A stretch of DNA of 63,859 bases, filler included, from a bacterium (GTDB lineage: Bacteria > UBP15 > UBA6099 > JAJRTR01): NCBI GenBank assembly GCA_024278215.1. It is 5 parts of 5 records of this genome, joined end to end, with 100 filler letters (N's around TTAATTAATTAA, not from the genome) between each part and the next. Parts side by side here need not be neighbours in the genome. Positions count along the whole stretch, not along the records: positions 39,376 to 52,021 come from JAJRTR010000181.1; positions 52,122 to 59,881 come from JAJRTR010000185.1; positions 59,982 to 63,859 come from JAJRTR010000205.1; 2 more parts are not named here. The stretch is one strand, 5' to 3'. Both the position numbers and the translations under genes were made by a program. This document shows positions 49,146 to 60,171 of the stretch, piece after piece. Below the pieces are notes generated by a model. It saw only the letters and a program-made list of their open reading frames with translations. It was not told where the DNA came from and made no database searches. How positions within the stretch are numbered: position 1 is the stretch's first letter; the number at the start of each line of letters is the position of its first letter.

Positions 49146-49706
49146 ATGAAGAAATGGACAAAAGGGACGATGCCGTTTGTTGTGATTGCTATGGTGGCGC
49201 TGCTCGCGATGACATCTTATGCGCAGAACATGGGCGGAGGCATGGGCAGATCGATGGGCTCTCTACAGGGGCTCGACAGGTTAGTAAAGAATCCGAAAGT
49301 CGTCGAAGAACTCGCCCTCACCGACGCGCAGGTGGATAGTATTTCCGCGATTTCAAAGCAAGCTGCAAAAAAGAAAATCCGCATACAGGCCGATGTGCAG
49401 ATTCTACAGATTGACCTGGTAGACCTTATTGAGCAGGACAACCCCGACACAAGCAAGATAGACTCAATTATCGAGCAGATAGGTGAAAAAAACACCGAAT
49501 CCCAGAAACTCATGATTCACACATTGCTTGATATGAAAAAAGTTTTCACCGCCGAACAGCTTGATAAAATAAAGGAATTCATGGCCCAGAGAGGTAGTCG
49601 GCAGGGAAAGCGTAACGGCGCAAAAGGCGGAAACATGGAACACCGTAAACAGGGCGGGATGATGCAACCCCAGGACGAGAGCGAGAGCAGCATCAACGAG
49701 CAGTAA
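49146..49706 (+). CDS. Spy/CpxP-family periplasmic protein
   Basis: Signal peptide, LALTDAQ and VFTAEQ (LTxxQ motifs), G/M-rich tails. Confidence 0.85.
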   Translation: MKKWTKGTMPFVVIAMVALLAMTSYAQNMGGGMGRSMGSLQGLDRLVKNPKVVEELALTDAQVDSISAISKQAAKKKIRIQADVQILQIDLVDLIEQDNPDTSKIDSIIEQIGEKNTESQKLMIHTLLDMKKVFTAEQLDKIKEFMAQRGSRQGKRNGAKGGNMEHRKQGGMMQPQDESESSINEQ

Positions 49707-49715
49707 TATACCTGG

Positions 49716-49760
49716 ACCCGGCAGAGTCGGAACCAAATAGGGTTCCATCCGAGCCGTGCA
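49716..49760 (+). repeat. Short motif shared with the family D left end and with 56250-56287
   Basis: ACCCGGCAGAGTCGGAACCAAATAGGGTTCCATCCGAGCCG. Confidence 0.6.
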
Positions 49761-49810
49761 CGTAAACAAGCGGTGTTTTTATACAATGCGAAAAAGACGA
49801 AATGAACCGA

Positions 49811-49989
49811 TAGTGTCGTGTCAACGATGAAAAGACGTAAAACCGATAAAAGTGTAGGGCGGGGTCACCGTACCCCGCCTCAACTTTTGCTCGTACAAAC
49901 AGTTATGCGTAATATATGCTCAGGCGCGGGACGGTGACCGCGCCCTTGTCTACACATCTTGCGCATTTACAAGTGTGACATGACACTTG
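49811..49989 (+). mobile_element. Repeat family A, long copy with terminal inverted repeats enclosing a GTAG-type REP pair
   Basis: AGTGTCGTGTCA ... TGACATGACACT; internal GTAGGGCGGGGTCACCGTACCCCGCC and an inverted variant at 49922-49953. Confidence 0.8.
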
Positions 49990-50024
49990 CCTACGCGCGG
50001 CTCGGAATTTCTTTACCATCTTTA

Positions 50025-52021
50025 TTACTGTCCGGCTTTGCCGGATCGGGGACTGCTTGCCGCCTGCATTTTCTCTATAAGCCGCATTCGGTTTTTCTTT
50101 ATCACGGGGTTGTCGGGGGCTATCTCTAGTGCCTTCGTGTAATGCGCCAGCGCCTGTTCGTAACGGCCCGAGTCGCGGTATATGTTCGCCAGATTGTTGT
50201 GAGACAGAAGGCTGTCGGGATCGAGCGCGATGGCTTTTAAATAGGCTTTTTCCGCCTCGTCTGTTTTGCCCTGTTTTTTGAGAAGGTTTCCCATCAGAGC
50301 GTGTGCCTGAGACAATTGCGGGACGAGTTCGAGCGCTTTTTCGAGTTCGGACTTCGCTTTCCGGTAGCTTCTGCCGCGGATATAGAATTGCGCTTTTTCA
50401 ATGTGCTGAAGCGCCTGTTGCTCCGGCGAGGCATTTTTTGTCAATGGCGGTGAGATGCCCGGTGTCGCTTCCTGTTGCGCGAGGAGCCGCTCCGACCGCG
50501 TCACCCATTCTTTTTCTTCGGGCCGGTCGGCGGCGGCAGTGATAAATTCGCGAAGTTTGCGTTTGAAGCAATCCGACATTCCCGCCTCATCGCACAGGAG
50601 CGCGTGATCGTAAAGTATTGTCACATCGGTCGGGTCGGCGCGCTCGGCCGCTTCGTGCTCCGCGACCGCCGCCCTTATCGCCTCGCTTGCCTGCCGCCTC
50701 GCTTCCGCCGCCTTTTCAGTGTCACCGGCCTGCTCCAGCTGCGTCGCAGCGGCGTCGAGACGCTCGTATTCGCGACGGTACATCTGCCCGAGGTTCTTCC
50801 TGATGAACGCACAGTCGGGCGCAAGCGCGCGTGCCGCCTCGATCTCGATGATTCCTTCATGAAATCTGTCCAGCCGGATCAGGGCCTGGCCGTAGTCGTG
50901 CCTCAGTTCGGCGTAGTCTGGATATTCTTTTACCGCTTTTGCGAACTGCGCGTTTGCATTTTTGTCATCATGAATCTTTACATAGGCTTTCGCGACGAAG
51001 TAGTCTGTCGGGTATCCGCGCGCGAATGTTGTGTCGGCCCAGCGGACGTTCGCGAACACCGCCCCGGCAACGAATATTGCAACAGGTATCGCAAGCCGTC
51101 GAAATTGCTTTTCTTTTATTTCCGCAACGATCCATACCGCCGCGTAAGCCGCCGCGGGCAGCATGAACGGCACCACCGGCAACCTGTATCTGGACCGCAC
51201 GTGAAACAACACAACCGACAGCATATACACGCCGACAAAACCGGTGATCGTCCACCACCTGATGTTGCGTGGCCGCCACAGGAACAGTCCGGCGAAGAAC
51301 AGCGGCACCACGATCCCGAACGGCACAAACAGCGGCCCCGCCCTGAACATCAGCACGCGCAGCACCGGTATCCTGTCCCTGAACCATTCGAGGTCCGTGT
51401 TGGGCGTGAGCTCTTCGCCGGTCCAGAAAAGGGCAAACTTCTTTGCGATCTTTTTCAGCCACCCGCCCGGATGTCCCGCAATATATTTGAATGTTTTATT
51501 AAAGAACCAACGGGAATATTCGGATGGTTTCGCATCGTAGCCGAGGTCGCCGCGCGGGGCGAACGCCATCCTGTCCCAGTCGATGCCGGGCTGAAGCGCG
51601 GTGAGTTGTTCCGACCGCGCGCTGTTGCCTATAAAGAAATTCATGCCGCCCTGCGGTGACACCGGCACAAGATCGCCTTCGACTACATAGTTTCTTATGG
51701 TTACGGGAATTATCGCAACAGCAACAGCAATCGTGAAAACAGCGGGCGCGGCCAATTTCTTTATTATGCCGGATTGCCTGTCGGAGACAAATATCAATGC
51801 GACCGCCACCGGGCCGAAAAGCAGGATATTCTCGCGTGTAATCGCGGACAGTCCGAGCAGAAGACCCGCGCCTGCCAGCCACTTATAACTGCGCGTGTCG
51901 AACCATTTCAGCAGCGCAAGCGTCATGAGCAGCGCGAGGAATATCACCAGCACAGGCCGGAGCAGCGCGACATCATAATGTATCATCGGCCCATAGAATG
52001 CTGCGGCGAAGCCCGCGATAC
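50025..52021 (-). CDS. GT-C (PMT/ArnT-like) glycosyltransferase with C-terminal TPRs, N-terminus lost at the gap
   Basis: TMs, TREN, RNY...G, NFFIGN, RYRLP, followed by TPRs. Confidence 0.8.
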
Positions 52022-52121
52022 NNNNNNNNNNNNNNNNNNNNNNNNNNNNNNNNNNNNNNNNNNNNTTAATTAATTAANNNNNNNNNNNNNNNNNNNNNNN
52101 NNNNNNNNNNNNNNNNNNNNN
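52022..52121. other. Artificial contig linker
   Basis: N-TTAATTAATTAA-N spacer. Confidence 0.97.
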
Positions 52122-52122
52122 G

Positions 52123-52227
52123 AAAAAACAAATAGCAAATTATAAGCAATTCAAAAAACTTACCGGCGAATGGATCGACCTATCCGTCGAACTCGCCAAG
52201 CTTCGCAAATCAGTAAAAAAGGGGTAA
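52123..52227 (+). mobile_element. C-terminal fragment of a DUF6788-like IS-accessory ORF
   Basis: KKQIANYKQFKKLTGEWIDLSVELAKLRKSVKKG*, at a contig edge. Confidence 0.5.
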
Positions 52228-52331
52228 AGTATTATCCAGAACTTGGTACTGTCCAGAAAAGAAGATAACGGCGATAATGAGACCGGCCGGCGCAACGAAT
52301 AGCCTTTTGCAAGCGGCTCAGGATAATATTC

Positions 52332-53399
52332 ATGGAGGCAGCGACAATGGCAACAGACAGAATTGAAAATGATATGGACGAACTCAAAGAGCGGCTGAAA
52401 GGAAAACTCGACGATGGCGAAGCTCTGGCTTCACTCGGCCGGGGCTACATGTTCATGCAGATGTATGACGAAGCGGAATATGTGCTTGAAAAAGCGCTGA
52501 GCATCGACAGCGGCTCCGCCCTCGCGATGCACGGCATAGCTTCTCTGCTACTAACGAAAGGTAAAAAGGATGCAGCGATTTCTCTTTTACGGGAAGTCAC
52601 GGAAAAACATCCCGACTATGTGCCTTCCCTGCGTCTTCTCGGCTCGGTATGTTCGGAGGACAATCGGATCGAAAACGCAATTGCAGTGATGGCCAGGGCG
52701 GCGGAACTCGAACCCGACGACGCGGACCTTCTCTACGAACTCGGTAACCTCTACGACGATAACGACGAACCCGACCGTGCGATGGAAATGTATGAGAGAG
52801 TGCTTGAACTCGAGCCCGACCATGCGCCCGCCCACAATGCGATCGGCATACTCAAGGCTGATGACGAAGAATGGGCGGCCGCTATAGCTTCATATAATAA
52901 AGCGCTTGATATCGACCCGGCATATTCGAACGCGCTCTGCAATCTCGCGGCAGCATATCTCGGGCACCCGGATTTTCCGGTGGAAGACGCCGAAGACGAG
53001 TACAAGCGTGCTCTCGAACTGGATGCGGAAAACGACGAAGCATACATGGGCCTGGGCTCGATATATTACGACGACGGGAAATACCGCAGGGCCAAAGACT
53101 ATTTCGGGAAGGCTGCGCGTGCGAATCCGAACTCGGCGGAAGCATTTTTCGAGCTCGGCAACGCCTGCTTCATGATGGGCAGCCATGAAGAGGCGGCGAT
53201 CGCATACAGGAACTCCTGCCGTGTGGACGCCGAGTTCGCCGATCCCCACTACTGGCTCGCTCAGGCTCTCCTGAAGACCGGCAACGGTCTCGAAGCGGCC
53301 ATCCAGCTCAAGCTCTATCTCGAACTCGACGACGAGGGCGAGTGGGCCGAAGAAGCGCAGGCTAAACTCGACGAACTCAAGACCGACTGGCCGCTGTGA
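52332..53399 (+). CDS. Acidic cytoplasmic TPR protein
   Basis: About nine TPR units; no signal peptide. Confidence 0.85.
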   Translation: MEAATMATDRIENDMDELKERLKGKLDDGEALASLGRGYMFMQMYDEAEYVLEKALSIDSGSALAMHGIASLLLTKGKKDAAISLLREVTEKHPDYVPSLRLLGSVCSEDNRIENAIAVMARAAELEPDDADLLYELGNLYDDNDEPDRAMEMYERVLELEPDHAPAHNAIGILKADDEEWAAAIASYNKALDIDPAYSNALCNLAAAYLGHPDFPVEDAEDEYKRALELDAENDEAYMGLGSIYYDDGKYRRAKDYFGKAARANPNSAEAFFELGNACFMMGSHEEAAIAYRNSCRVDAEFADPHYWLAQALLKTGNGLEAAIQLKLYLELDDEGEWAEEAQAKLDELKTDWPL

Positions 53400-53568
53400 A
53401 TGTTTTTCACTTGCTCACCCACGCATCCTTTATGCTTGTTTTCGATTATATTTAAATATTGTATTCACACCTGTTTTTTTATATAATCGCTTAGGTATAT
53501 CCGCTACACTCCGGCATTATGTTTCCGGTCGCTACTGCGGTTAATAGGCTCGAAGAGGATAGTTCTCA

Positions 53569-54435
53569 ATGGACCCGACTTACTTGTTGTTCCTCGGGAT
53601 TTGCATCCTGAATCCCTGCCTCCAGAATATCGGGATGGGCATACAGAAACTCTCGATAGATAAAACACCACTCCAGAAAACTTCCGGCGGAAAAACCAAA
53701 TGGATAGGCGTGTGGATACTGGGTCTGCTTTTCCAGGTGGCGGTCGTGATACTCGGGTTCAAGGCGCTTTCGCTGGGCTACCCTGCCGCGACGCTCGGCG
53801 GTTTCGGTGGTCTCGGTCTCGTGTTCCTCGCCGTGTTCGCTTATGTTGTGCTGAAGGAAAAGATACTGCGCAACGAGTACATCGGCATGGCGCTCGTCGT
53901 TGTAGGCACAGCAGTGCTGGGCATATACAGCGAGGGGACACAGAACATGGAAGTCGCACTCGAGGCCCACCGTATGGTAACGTTCTTCGTCCCCTATTTC
54001 GCGATGATTGCATTCGGGATTTTTCTTCTTGTCAGATATAAGGAAACTTACGCTGGTGCTGTGTTGGGGCTCATAGGCGGCAGTATGAACGGCATCGGTG
54101 TCGTTTTTCAGAAAATCGTAACGCTTACACATCTGGATGTAAGCGGATTCGACAAGCTTCTGTTAAGCCTTATACAGGCGCTGTCGTCCCCTGTTACATG
54201 GATAATGATAATCGGCGGTGTCGGCGGGCTGATTGTGATTCAGTACGGTTATAAATATGGCAAAGCTGTCCAGGTTGTGCCGTGCCATGCGTCGATGGTT
54301 GTGATAGTGCCTGCGATTGCCGGTGTGATAATCGCAAAAGAGCACGTGCCGCCCATCGCATGGTTGTGTATTGTCGTGATTGCAATAGGTGTCGTGATCA
54401 TCACAACCGCCGCGCCCGCCAAGCACGCCGCGTGA
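53569..54435 (+). CDS. DMT-superfamily membrane protein (NIPA/EamA-like)
   Basis: About 9 TMs, GMGIQK, W..G, LKEKI...EYIG, duplicated halves. Confidence 0.7.
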   Translation: MDPTYLLFLGICILNPCLQNIGMGIQKLSIDKTPLQKTSGGKTKWIGVWILGLLFQVAVVILGFKALSLGYPAATLGGFGGLGLVFLAVFAYVVLKEKILRNEYIGMALVVVGTAVLGIYSEGTQNMEVALEAHRMVTFFVPYFAMIAFGIFLLVRYKETYAGAVLGLIGGSMNGIGVVFQKIVTLTHLDVSGFDKLLLSLIQALSSPVTWIMIIGGVGGLIVIQYGYKYGKAVQVVPCHASMVVIVPAIAGVIIAKEHVPPIAWLCIVVIAIGVVIITTAAPAKHAA

Positions 54436-54486
54436 CAATTGCATCAAAAGCAAAGGGGGCACACATTTTTCATGACGTGCAATAAA

Positions 54487-56222
54487 ATGAAAAAACCCAC
54501 TGTCCCCGGGCCGGTCGTCATTGCAGCGGGCATCGTATGCATTGCCTTTTTTCTTTTTCACAGTGTGTTTTCAGCAAAAATGAATTCCATCACGGCAGAT
54601 GAATACGTGCATCTGCCTGTGGCGATATCAATACTGCAGACGGGAAACATGTTTATCGACCACACCGGCTCGCCGCCCCTGAGGGCGCTGGCGGGCATAC
54701 CGGCGCTGATGTCCGCGCCCGTGATGGATTATGACAACAGCTTCTGGCGCGAAGGCAAAACTTATAAGTTTTCGTGGCTGTTCATGAAGAACAATTTTTC
54801 AAGGTATCACAGTCTGTACTTCCTTCCGCGCCTTCTGATAAGCGGCTTTGCCGTATTGCTGGGGCTGCTGGTGTTCCTCCACACGAAGCGGCTGTGGGGT
54901 TGGAGCGCGGTTCCATTCGCATTCCTTTTATTTTTCTTCAATCCCGAGATACTCGCGCATGGCGCGCTCGTCACGGTTGACCTTCTCGTCGCTTGTTTTT
55001 TTTTGCGTCGTTTCATTTTTTCATTCTTTTTCTACGCAGGTCCACATGGGTTTACTGCCTGTTGTGCGGCGTCTCCATGGGGCTTGCTCTTCTCGCTAAA
55101 TTCACTGCCGTTATACTCCCGCCTGTCATAATTCTGATTCTGCTGCTTTTCCTGTTTTCACGCGAATATCGCGCCGGCAGAGCACGCCTGCCGCGGCTCG
55201 CCGCCGGGACAGTTGCCGCTATCCTTGTTTCTCTTCTGGTGCTGAACGCGGGATACCTTTTCAACAGTACTGGAAAAACCTTGCAAGAGACTCCGGCGGC
55301 AGCGTCTCCGGGGGACTTTTCTTTCGGCGATCAGAATAATGCGACATCGACCGAGGAAATACGGTGGCGCAGCAACGCCATGCAATCACTGCGCAAGTCA
55401 TTTCTCGGAGATGTGCCGATGCCGTTTCCGATTCTATATCTTCACGGCATCGACAAGCAGTTGTTTAAAAGCAACATACCGGTTTTTACATATTTTCTGA
55501 ATGGAAAGTTGTCTGCTAAAGGGTGGGCGTTGTATTACCCCGAAGCGTTCGCACTGAAAACTCCGATCCCTCTTTTGATCCTGCTGATAGTCGCCGCAGG
55601 CTTTATGTTCGCAGGCCGGAGCAGTTTCTACGAACGCATTCTGTGGCTCGTGCCTGTCGTTTTCATGATTCAATTCACTTTTTTTGCGCGCGTCGATCTG
55701 GGGCTGCGTTACCTGCTTCCGATCGTACCTTTCCTGATCGTTATCTGCGCCGGGGCGATGTCGAAAGTAATCAGATATGGAAGCTATGCAAAGTTCGCGG
55801 CAGTCGCGTTGTGCCTGTGGTACGCCGGTTCGATATTCACGACATTCGGAAACGGCCTTGCGTACTTCAACGAGTTCGCGGGCGGCCCCGGTGGCGGACA
55901 CAGGTATCTCGTCGAGTCCAATCTGGACTGGGGCCAGAACCTTGTGCGGCTCAAAATGTATACGGAGAATATTGACGCGTCGCCTCTGCTCGTATACAAC
56001 TACGGGCTTGTGCCCCCTGCGGCATACGGCATAAAGTCCGGTTGGGTGCCCTGCAAGCCGGAGGCGGCGGTAGTCGCGATAAGTGTCAATTATCTGTATG
56101 GTGTCGACCCGTTCGAGAAGAGACCGCGCGCGTGCTTCAAGTGGCTGCGGCAGCGAGAACCGGTGAGAATAATCGGCGACGGTTTATTTGTCTATGACAT
56201 GCGAAAAGAATCGAAAGACTGA
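54487..56222 (+). pseudogene. GT-C (family 39/83-like) glycosyltransferase split by a -1 shift at the T9 run 54996-55004
   Basis: SITADE.VH, PPL and P.ILAHG.LVT.D in the first frame; LAKFT, GLRYLLP, YFNE.AGG, ESNLDWGQ in the second; one extra T joins them. Confidence 0.8.
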
Positions 56223-56249
56223 TGTTATCGGTGTCATAGTAACTAACGT

Positions 56250-56326
56250 CGTAGTCGGAACCAAACAGGATTCTATCCGAGCCGCACAGCATTTACAGTG
56301 TCGTGTCAACGATGAAAAGACGTAAG
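56250..56326 (+). repeat. Composite: family D-type motif plus family A left end
   Basis: GTAGTCGGAACCAAACAGGATTCTATCCGAGCCG then AGTGTCGTGTCAACGATGAAAAGACGTAA, same order as 49716-49840. Confidence 0.75.
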
Positions 56327-56337
56327 ATAAGCTTTCT

Positions 56338-57852
56338 TCAGTCTGCTACCTCACCAAACTGCGCAAATATCAGTTCCGTTTCGATTATTGTCTCAAAAAA
56401 CCTGTTCCACGGAAAAACAGCACTTCTGATTGTGCCGGAATCCGGAACCGCAACATATTTCCCCGAGGGGTCTACCGGAAGAGTCCTGTTTATAAAAAAC
56501 GTACTCATCATTTTTTGAAGTTCCGAGTCGCACTCTTCAACCAGAATTCTCTCAGCTTCCTCACGATTTGAAATATCCAGTTTGTCTCCGGTTGAGGAGA
56601 TTATGTTCGGCCTGACTTTTGTGGAATACAAATAATCTTCCAGCAGTCTGTCCGTCAAGAAGTTGAACCTGCACCGGAGGCGCTTTTTCTGCGATAAATT
56701 TCCGTTACCCGATAATCCTGCCGCACATTGGGCTATGACTGTTCCACTGCTGTTTGCCGTAGTATTCCAACCAGCATAAGCGGCAAGCCGGAAAAAGAGT
56801 TGGCGCTCGAGCAGACTTTCTATCAGTTCGGGAGATGAGCCATTGATATTTTCCGCATCTACGAGACCGACAGTTCTTGATTTATTCAGGTGATTCTGAA
56901 GATTTTCGATCAGCTTTTCAGATGGTGTCGCCGATTCGTCGCCGCTTTTTTCATTCTCGATCTGTTCCAGGAATAAATCTTTTTGTTTTGTCCCGACGTT
57001 GGGCATGTGTGCCATGAGGACAAAGTCCGAACAATCGGGAAAGCTTGCGATACGACCGCCCGCGGCCCGGACCTGTAGCCGTAGATTCTCTTCGAGCGAA
57101 AGCGGCTCATAGAGTGGCGTCGTCTCTAAAATACTCTGCTCGATGTCGAAGAAAAAAGACGGTGTAAGATTATATATGTCAGCCGCGGCGCGGGCGATCA
57201 TGAGACAGGCGAGTTCGTCGGCACCCGAAAGCACAATCGTTTTTCGTTCGCCGAAGCTGAAGGCGTCGTCATTCAGCGATTCGAGTTCTCCGCCGTGAGG
57301 ATTGCCTGCGGCAGTGTCTTCTTTGCCGATAACGAGGAAGTCGAATAAGCCGTCGCCTGCGAGTCTGACAGCGAGTCTGTTGACAGAAAGATTTCGTTTC
57401 CTTATTATGCCGGATTCGACGGTGGAACGGCTTTTTCCGTCCATCTGTTTTTTCCAGTTGCCGAACGACGATTCGTCGGACGCGGTTATTGCGTCCCGCA
57501 GAACAGTCGAGAAAGCATACATTTTCAGGGCGGGTTTGTTTTTCCTGAGTTCCCTGAAATAGTTGAAAACTTTGAGAGCTGTGATTTCATTTGCAGTATC
57601 CGGTAACCTCGATTGTACGAGTCCGCCGTACACGATCATGTCGCATGAAATAATAATAGCATCTACAGGTTGTTCGAGCCGGCTGTCGAGCCATGCGAAA
57701 ACCGCGTCGCGTGCGGCGGGCGAGTCCAGCGTGCCGAGTATATCAAGCGGCGGCATGATAAGTTCGAACCCGGCAAGCGCGGCCATTCGCGCCGGCAACC
57801 GGGTGCTTGCGGGGCGGCTGTCCATCGGCAGCAACACAAGTCTTTTATTCAT
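56338..57852 (-). CDS. DUF4127-family protein
   Basis: [50 protein letters not shown]. Confidence 0.85.
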   Translation of the reverse strand: MNKRLVLLPMDSRPASTRLPARMAALAGFELIMPPLDILGTLDSPAARDAVFAWLDSRLEQPVDAIIISCDMIVYGGLVQSRLPDTANEITALKVFNYFRELRKNKPALKMYAFSTVLRDAITASDESSFGNWKKQMDGKSRSTVESGIIRKRNLSVNRLAVRLAGDGLFDFLVIGKEDTAAGNPHGGELESLNDDAFSFGERKTIVLSGADELACLMIARAAADIYNLTPSFFFDIEQSILETTPLYEPLSLEENLRLQVRAAGGRIASFPDCSDFVLMAHMPNVGTKQKDLFLEQIENEKSGDESATPSEKLIENLQNHLNKSRTVGLVDAENINGSSPELIESLLERQLFFRLAAYAGWNTTANSSGTVIAQCAAGLSGNGNLSQKKRLRCRFNFLTDRLLEDYLYSTKVRPNIISSTGDKLDISNREEAERILVEECDSELQKMMSTFFINRTLPVDPSGKYVAVPDSGTIRSAVFPWNRFFETIIETELIFAQFGEVAD

Positions 57853-58351
57853 CTTTTTCGCCCCGTAAAATAAAGAAGAATGCAAAGAGGAAAGTGCCGA
57901 TGACGATGAAAGAATCCGCTGCGTTGAACGTAGGCCAGTGCATGGTCCCGACATAGACGTCGATAAAATCGAAAACCTTTCCGGCGTGCAGCCTGTCGAT
58001 AAGGTTGCCGAGCGCACCGCCCAGCATCAGCGATACGCCCGCCATTGCAGGCAGGTCATTACCACTATACTTGAAAAGAATTACAATCATCGCCATGACA
58101 AGAACGACCGGGATATAAATGGAGTACGGCTGCGCGCCCTGGAACATCCCGAATGCAACACCTGTGTTGAATGTATGCACGATTGAAACGAATCCCGGAA
58201 TTATTACAAGTTCTTCGCCGCCTCGTGAATTCATAAAATTCTGCGTGGCATATTTTGTGTACTGGTCGAACGCTACGGCTGCTATGCTGATCGCAAAAAA
58301 AAGAACCACAGACTTATTTGTTTTTATTTTTTGTTCGGTCATTTCGGTCAT
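57845..58351 (-). CDS. lspA: Lipoprotein signal peptidase II
   Basis: [36 protein letters not shown]. Confidence 0.95.
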   Translation of the reverse strand: MTEMTEQKIKTNKSVVLFFAISIAAVAFDQYTKYATQNFMNSRGGEELVIIPGFVSIVHTFNTGVAFGMFQGAQPYSIYIPVVLVMAMIVILFKYSGNDLPAMAGVSLMLGGALGNLIDRLHAGKVFDFIDVYVGTMHWPTFNAADSFIVIGTFLFAFFFILRGEKDE

Positions 58352-58378
58352 TGTGGATTATATATTAAAACAATGTTT

Positions 58379-58557
58379 GAGCCAATTGCAAAATTCTGAT
58401 TCGGCTACGGTCGGCTGCAATTGTCAACAGCTGCGTTGTCGGCACAAAATCTTCCTCGACGTACTCTACAAGTACGCCTGCGGGGATTTTGCACACCCGC
58501 CTTGCTTCTGACCAATTTCGCTCGACCTCGCTTCGAACATAATTTTACAACTGGCTC
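58379..58557 (-). mobile_element. MITE-like repeat family C, full copy
   Basis: Near-identical reverse complement of 39425-39603. Confidence 0.88.
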
Positions 58558-58797
58558 GTTTATAAAAATGAAATGCCTTACTGTTTTGGTTGTGGCTGAG
58601 TATGTTGTCGCTACGAAATGATATTGTGAATGAGAAAACGATCAGTCTGTGAGCTGCCAGGGTGAACCTTGGGAACGATGATTTACATAAACAGTGGGAA
58701 CGATAACCGGGTGAAACGATGGATACTATTAAAGGGGAATATCGAATAGCAAACAAAGGATGAAGAAAGCAACAGATGTGCGGATAAACTTCTTGCG

Positions 58798-59841
58798 ATG
58801 AAACGAATACAAATGCCATATAGCGGAAAGCACGGGCTGGTCGCCTGCGATCTGACGGTATCCGCGCCGCCCGGCATATACGGGAATACCGTGTACGGCA
58901 GGGGTGTGCTGCCCGGCCGCGAATGCGGGATGTTTGTGCGCGAAAGCGAATTCACATCAAACGCTGTCAGGATGGAATTCGCGTCGGACGAACTCGTGAT
59001 GACCTGGAATGCTACCGCACCGCCCGGCACATCAGTCAGTATGGCATTTGCTGTGAGCGACGATGCGGAGAACTGGTCGAAGTGGTTTGAAATGGGAGAC
59101 TGGAAAACCGACACAGCACGGGAAAGGCAGTGCGCCGACCGTGACTGGGGTAAACTGTCGGTTGATCATTTCAGGTCGGTCGGGAAGTTCCGGTTTGCGA
59201 AATACCGCGCAATATTTCACACTGCCGATCCGAGCCAGGCACCACTGCTGAGACGTGTTTTCTTCTGCCACTCTGATGTAAAAAGCGGTGGCGACTGTGA
59301 GGCGGCAACATACGCGGGCACCAGCGTCGACCTGGATGTGCCGTGGTTGTCGCAATATGACGAGCGGGTAGTGAAGGACCCTGTTATGATGGATGCGGGT
59401 GTGTGCGGTGCGACGTCTGTTGCGATGGTGCTCAGGTATCACGGAATAGCGGCAAACGTGCGTAATGTGGGACGCCGCGCATGGGACCCGTCGGCGGAAA
59501 TATACGGCAACTGGGCTTTTCTGTGCGCCGCGGCTTCAGAGTACGGACCGGCGGCGTGGGTGCAGCGCTTTTCAGACTGGAGCAGTGTGCGGGAGTTTCT
59601 GGAAAGTGGGATTCCTGTCGTGATCAGTATATCCTATAATAAAGGTACTATGAGCTCCGAACCTGAAAAGGAAACGGCGGGGCACCTGATTGTCGTGCGC
59701 GGATTCACTGGAGACGGGGACGTAATTGTGAATGATCCCGGCACGACAGACGAGCAGCGGGGAAGAAGATATGTGTATCCGGCGTGTGAATTGGGCCGTG
59801 CTTTTTTCGGTCATGGCGGCGTTGGTATTATAATTAAGTGA
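58798..59841 (+). CDS. Peptidase C39-like protein with an N-terminal beta domain
   Basis: VPWLSQ, CGATS.AM.L.Y, YGNW, GHLIVVRG, VNDP. Confidence 0.85.
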   Translation: MKRIQMPYSGKHGLVACDLTVSAPPGIYGNTVYGRGVLPGRECGMFVRESEFTSNAVRMEFASDELVMTWNATAPPGTSVSMAFAVSDDAENWSKWFEMGDWKTDTARERQCADRDWGKLSVDHFRSVGKFRFAKYRAIFHTADPSQAPLLRRVFFCHSDVKSGGDCEAATYAGTSVDLDVPWLSQYDERVVKDPVMMDAGVCGATSVAMVLRYHGIAANVRNVGRRAWDPSAEIYGNWAFLCAAASEYGPAAWVQRFSDWSSVREFLESGIPVVISISYNKGTMSSEPEKETAGHLIVVRGFTGDGDVIVNDPGTTDEQRGRRYVYPACELGRAFFGHGGVGIIIK

Positions 59842-59881
59842 CCGAACTGCTTTTTACATAATATCTGTATAACCGCATATA

Positions 59882-59981
59882 NNNNNNNNNNNNNNNNNNN
59901 NNNNNNNNNNNNNNNNNNNNNNNNNTTAATTAATTAANNNNNNNNNNNNNNNNNNNNNNNNNNNNNNNNNNNNNNNNNNNN
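59882..59981. other. Artificial contig linker
   Basis: N-TTAATTAATTAA-N spacer. Confidence 0.97.
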
Positions 59982-60171
59982 AAGAAAAGCTCGTTATATC
60001 TGCAAAATACAATTTCTTTAACACATTCTATATCATTTATAGTACTGTTATAAGACCCTAATTATTTGGAATTATCAATGAATTTGAAGGAGGCCAGCAT
60101 CTTTGGATTAGGGGTTAATAAACTTCGTGATAATCCCTGTTCTTGAAAATTGAAAAGTCAGGTTAGAGGAG

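Noticed and set aside
40703-56326. 24-27-bp identical repeats as a possible CRISPR array
   Set aside because: Dispersed over kilobases in both orientations, with no regular spacers and no cas genes
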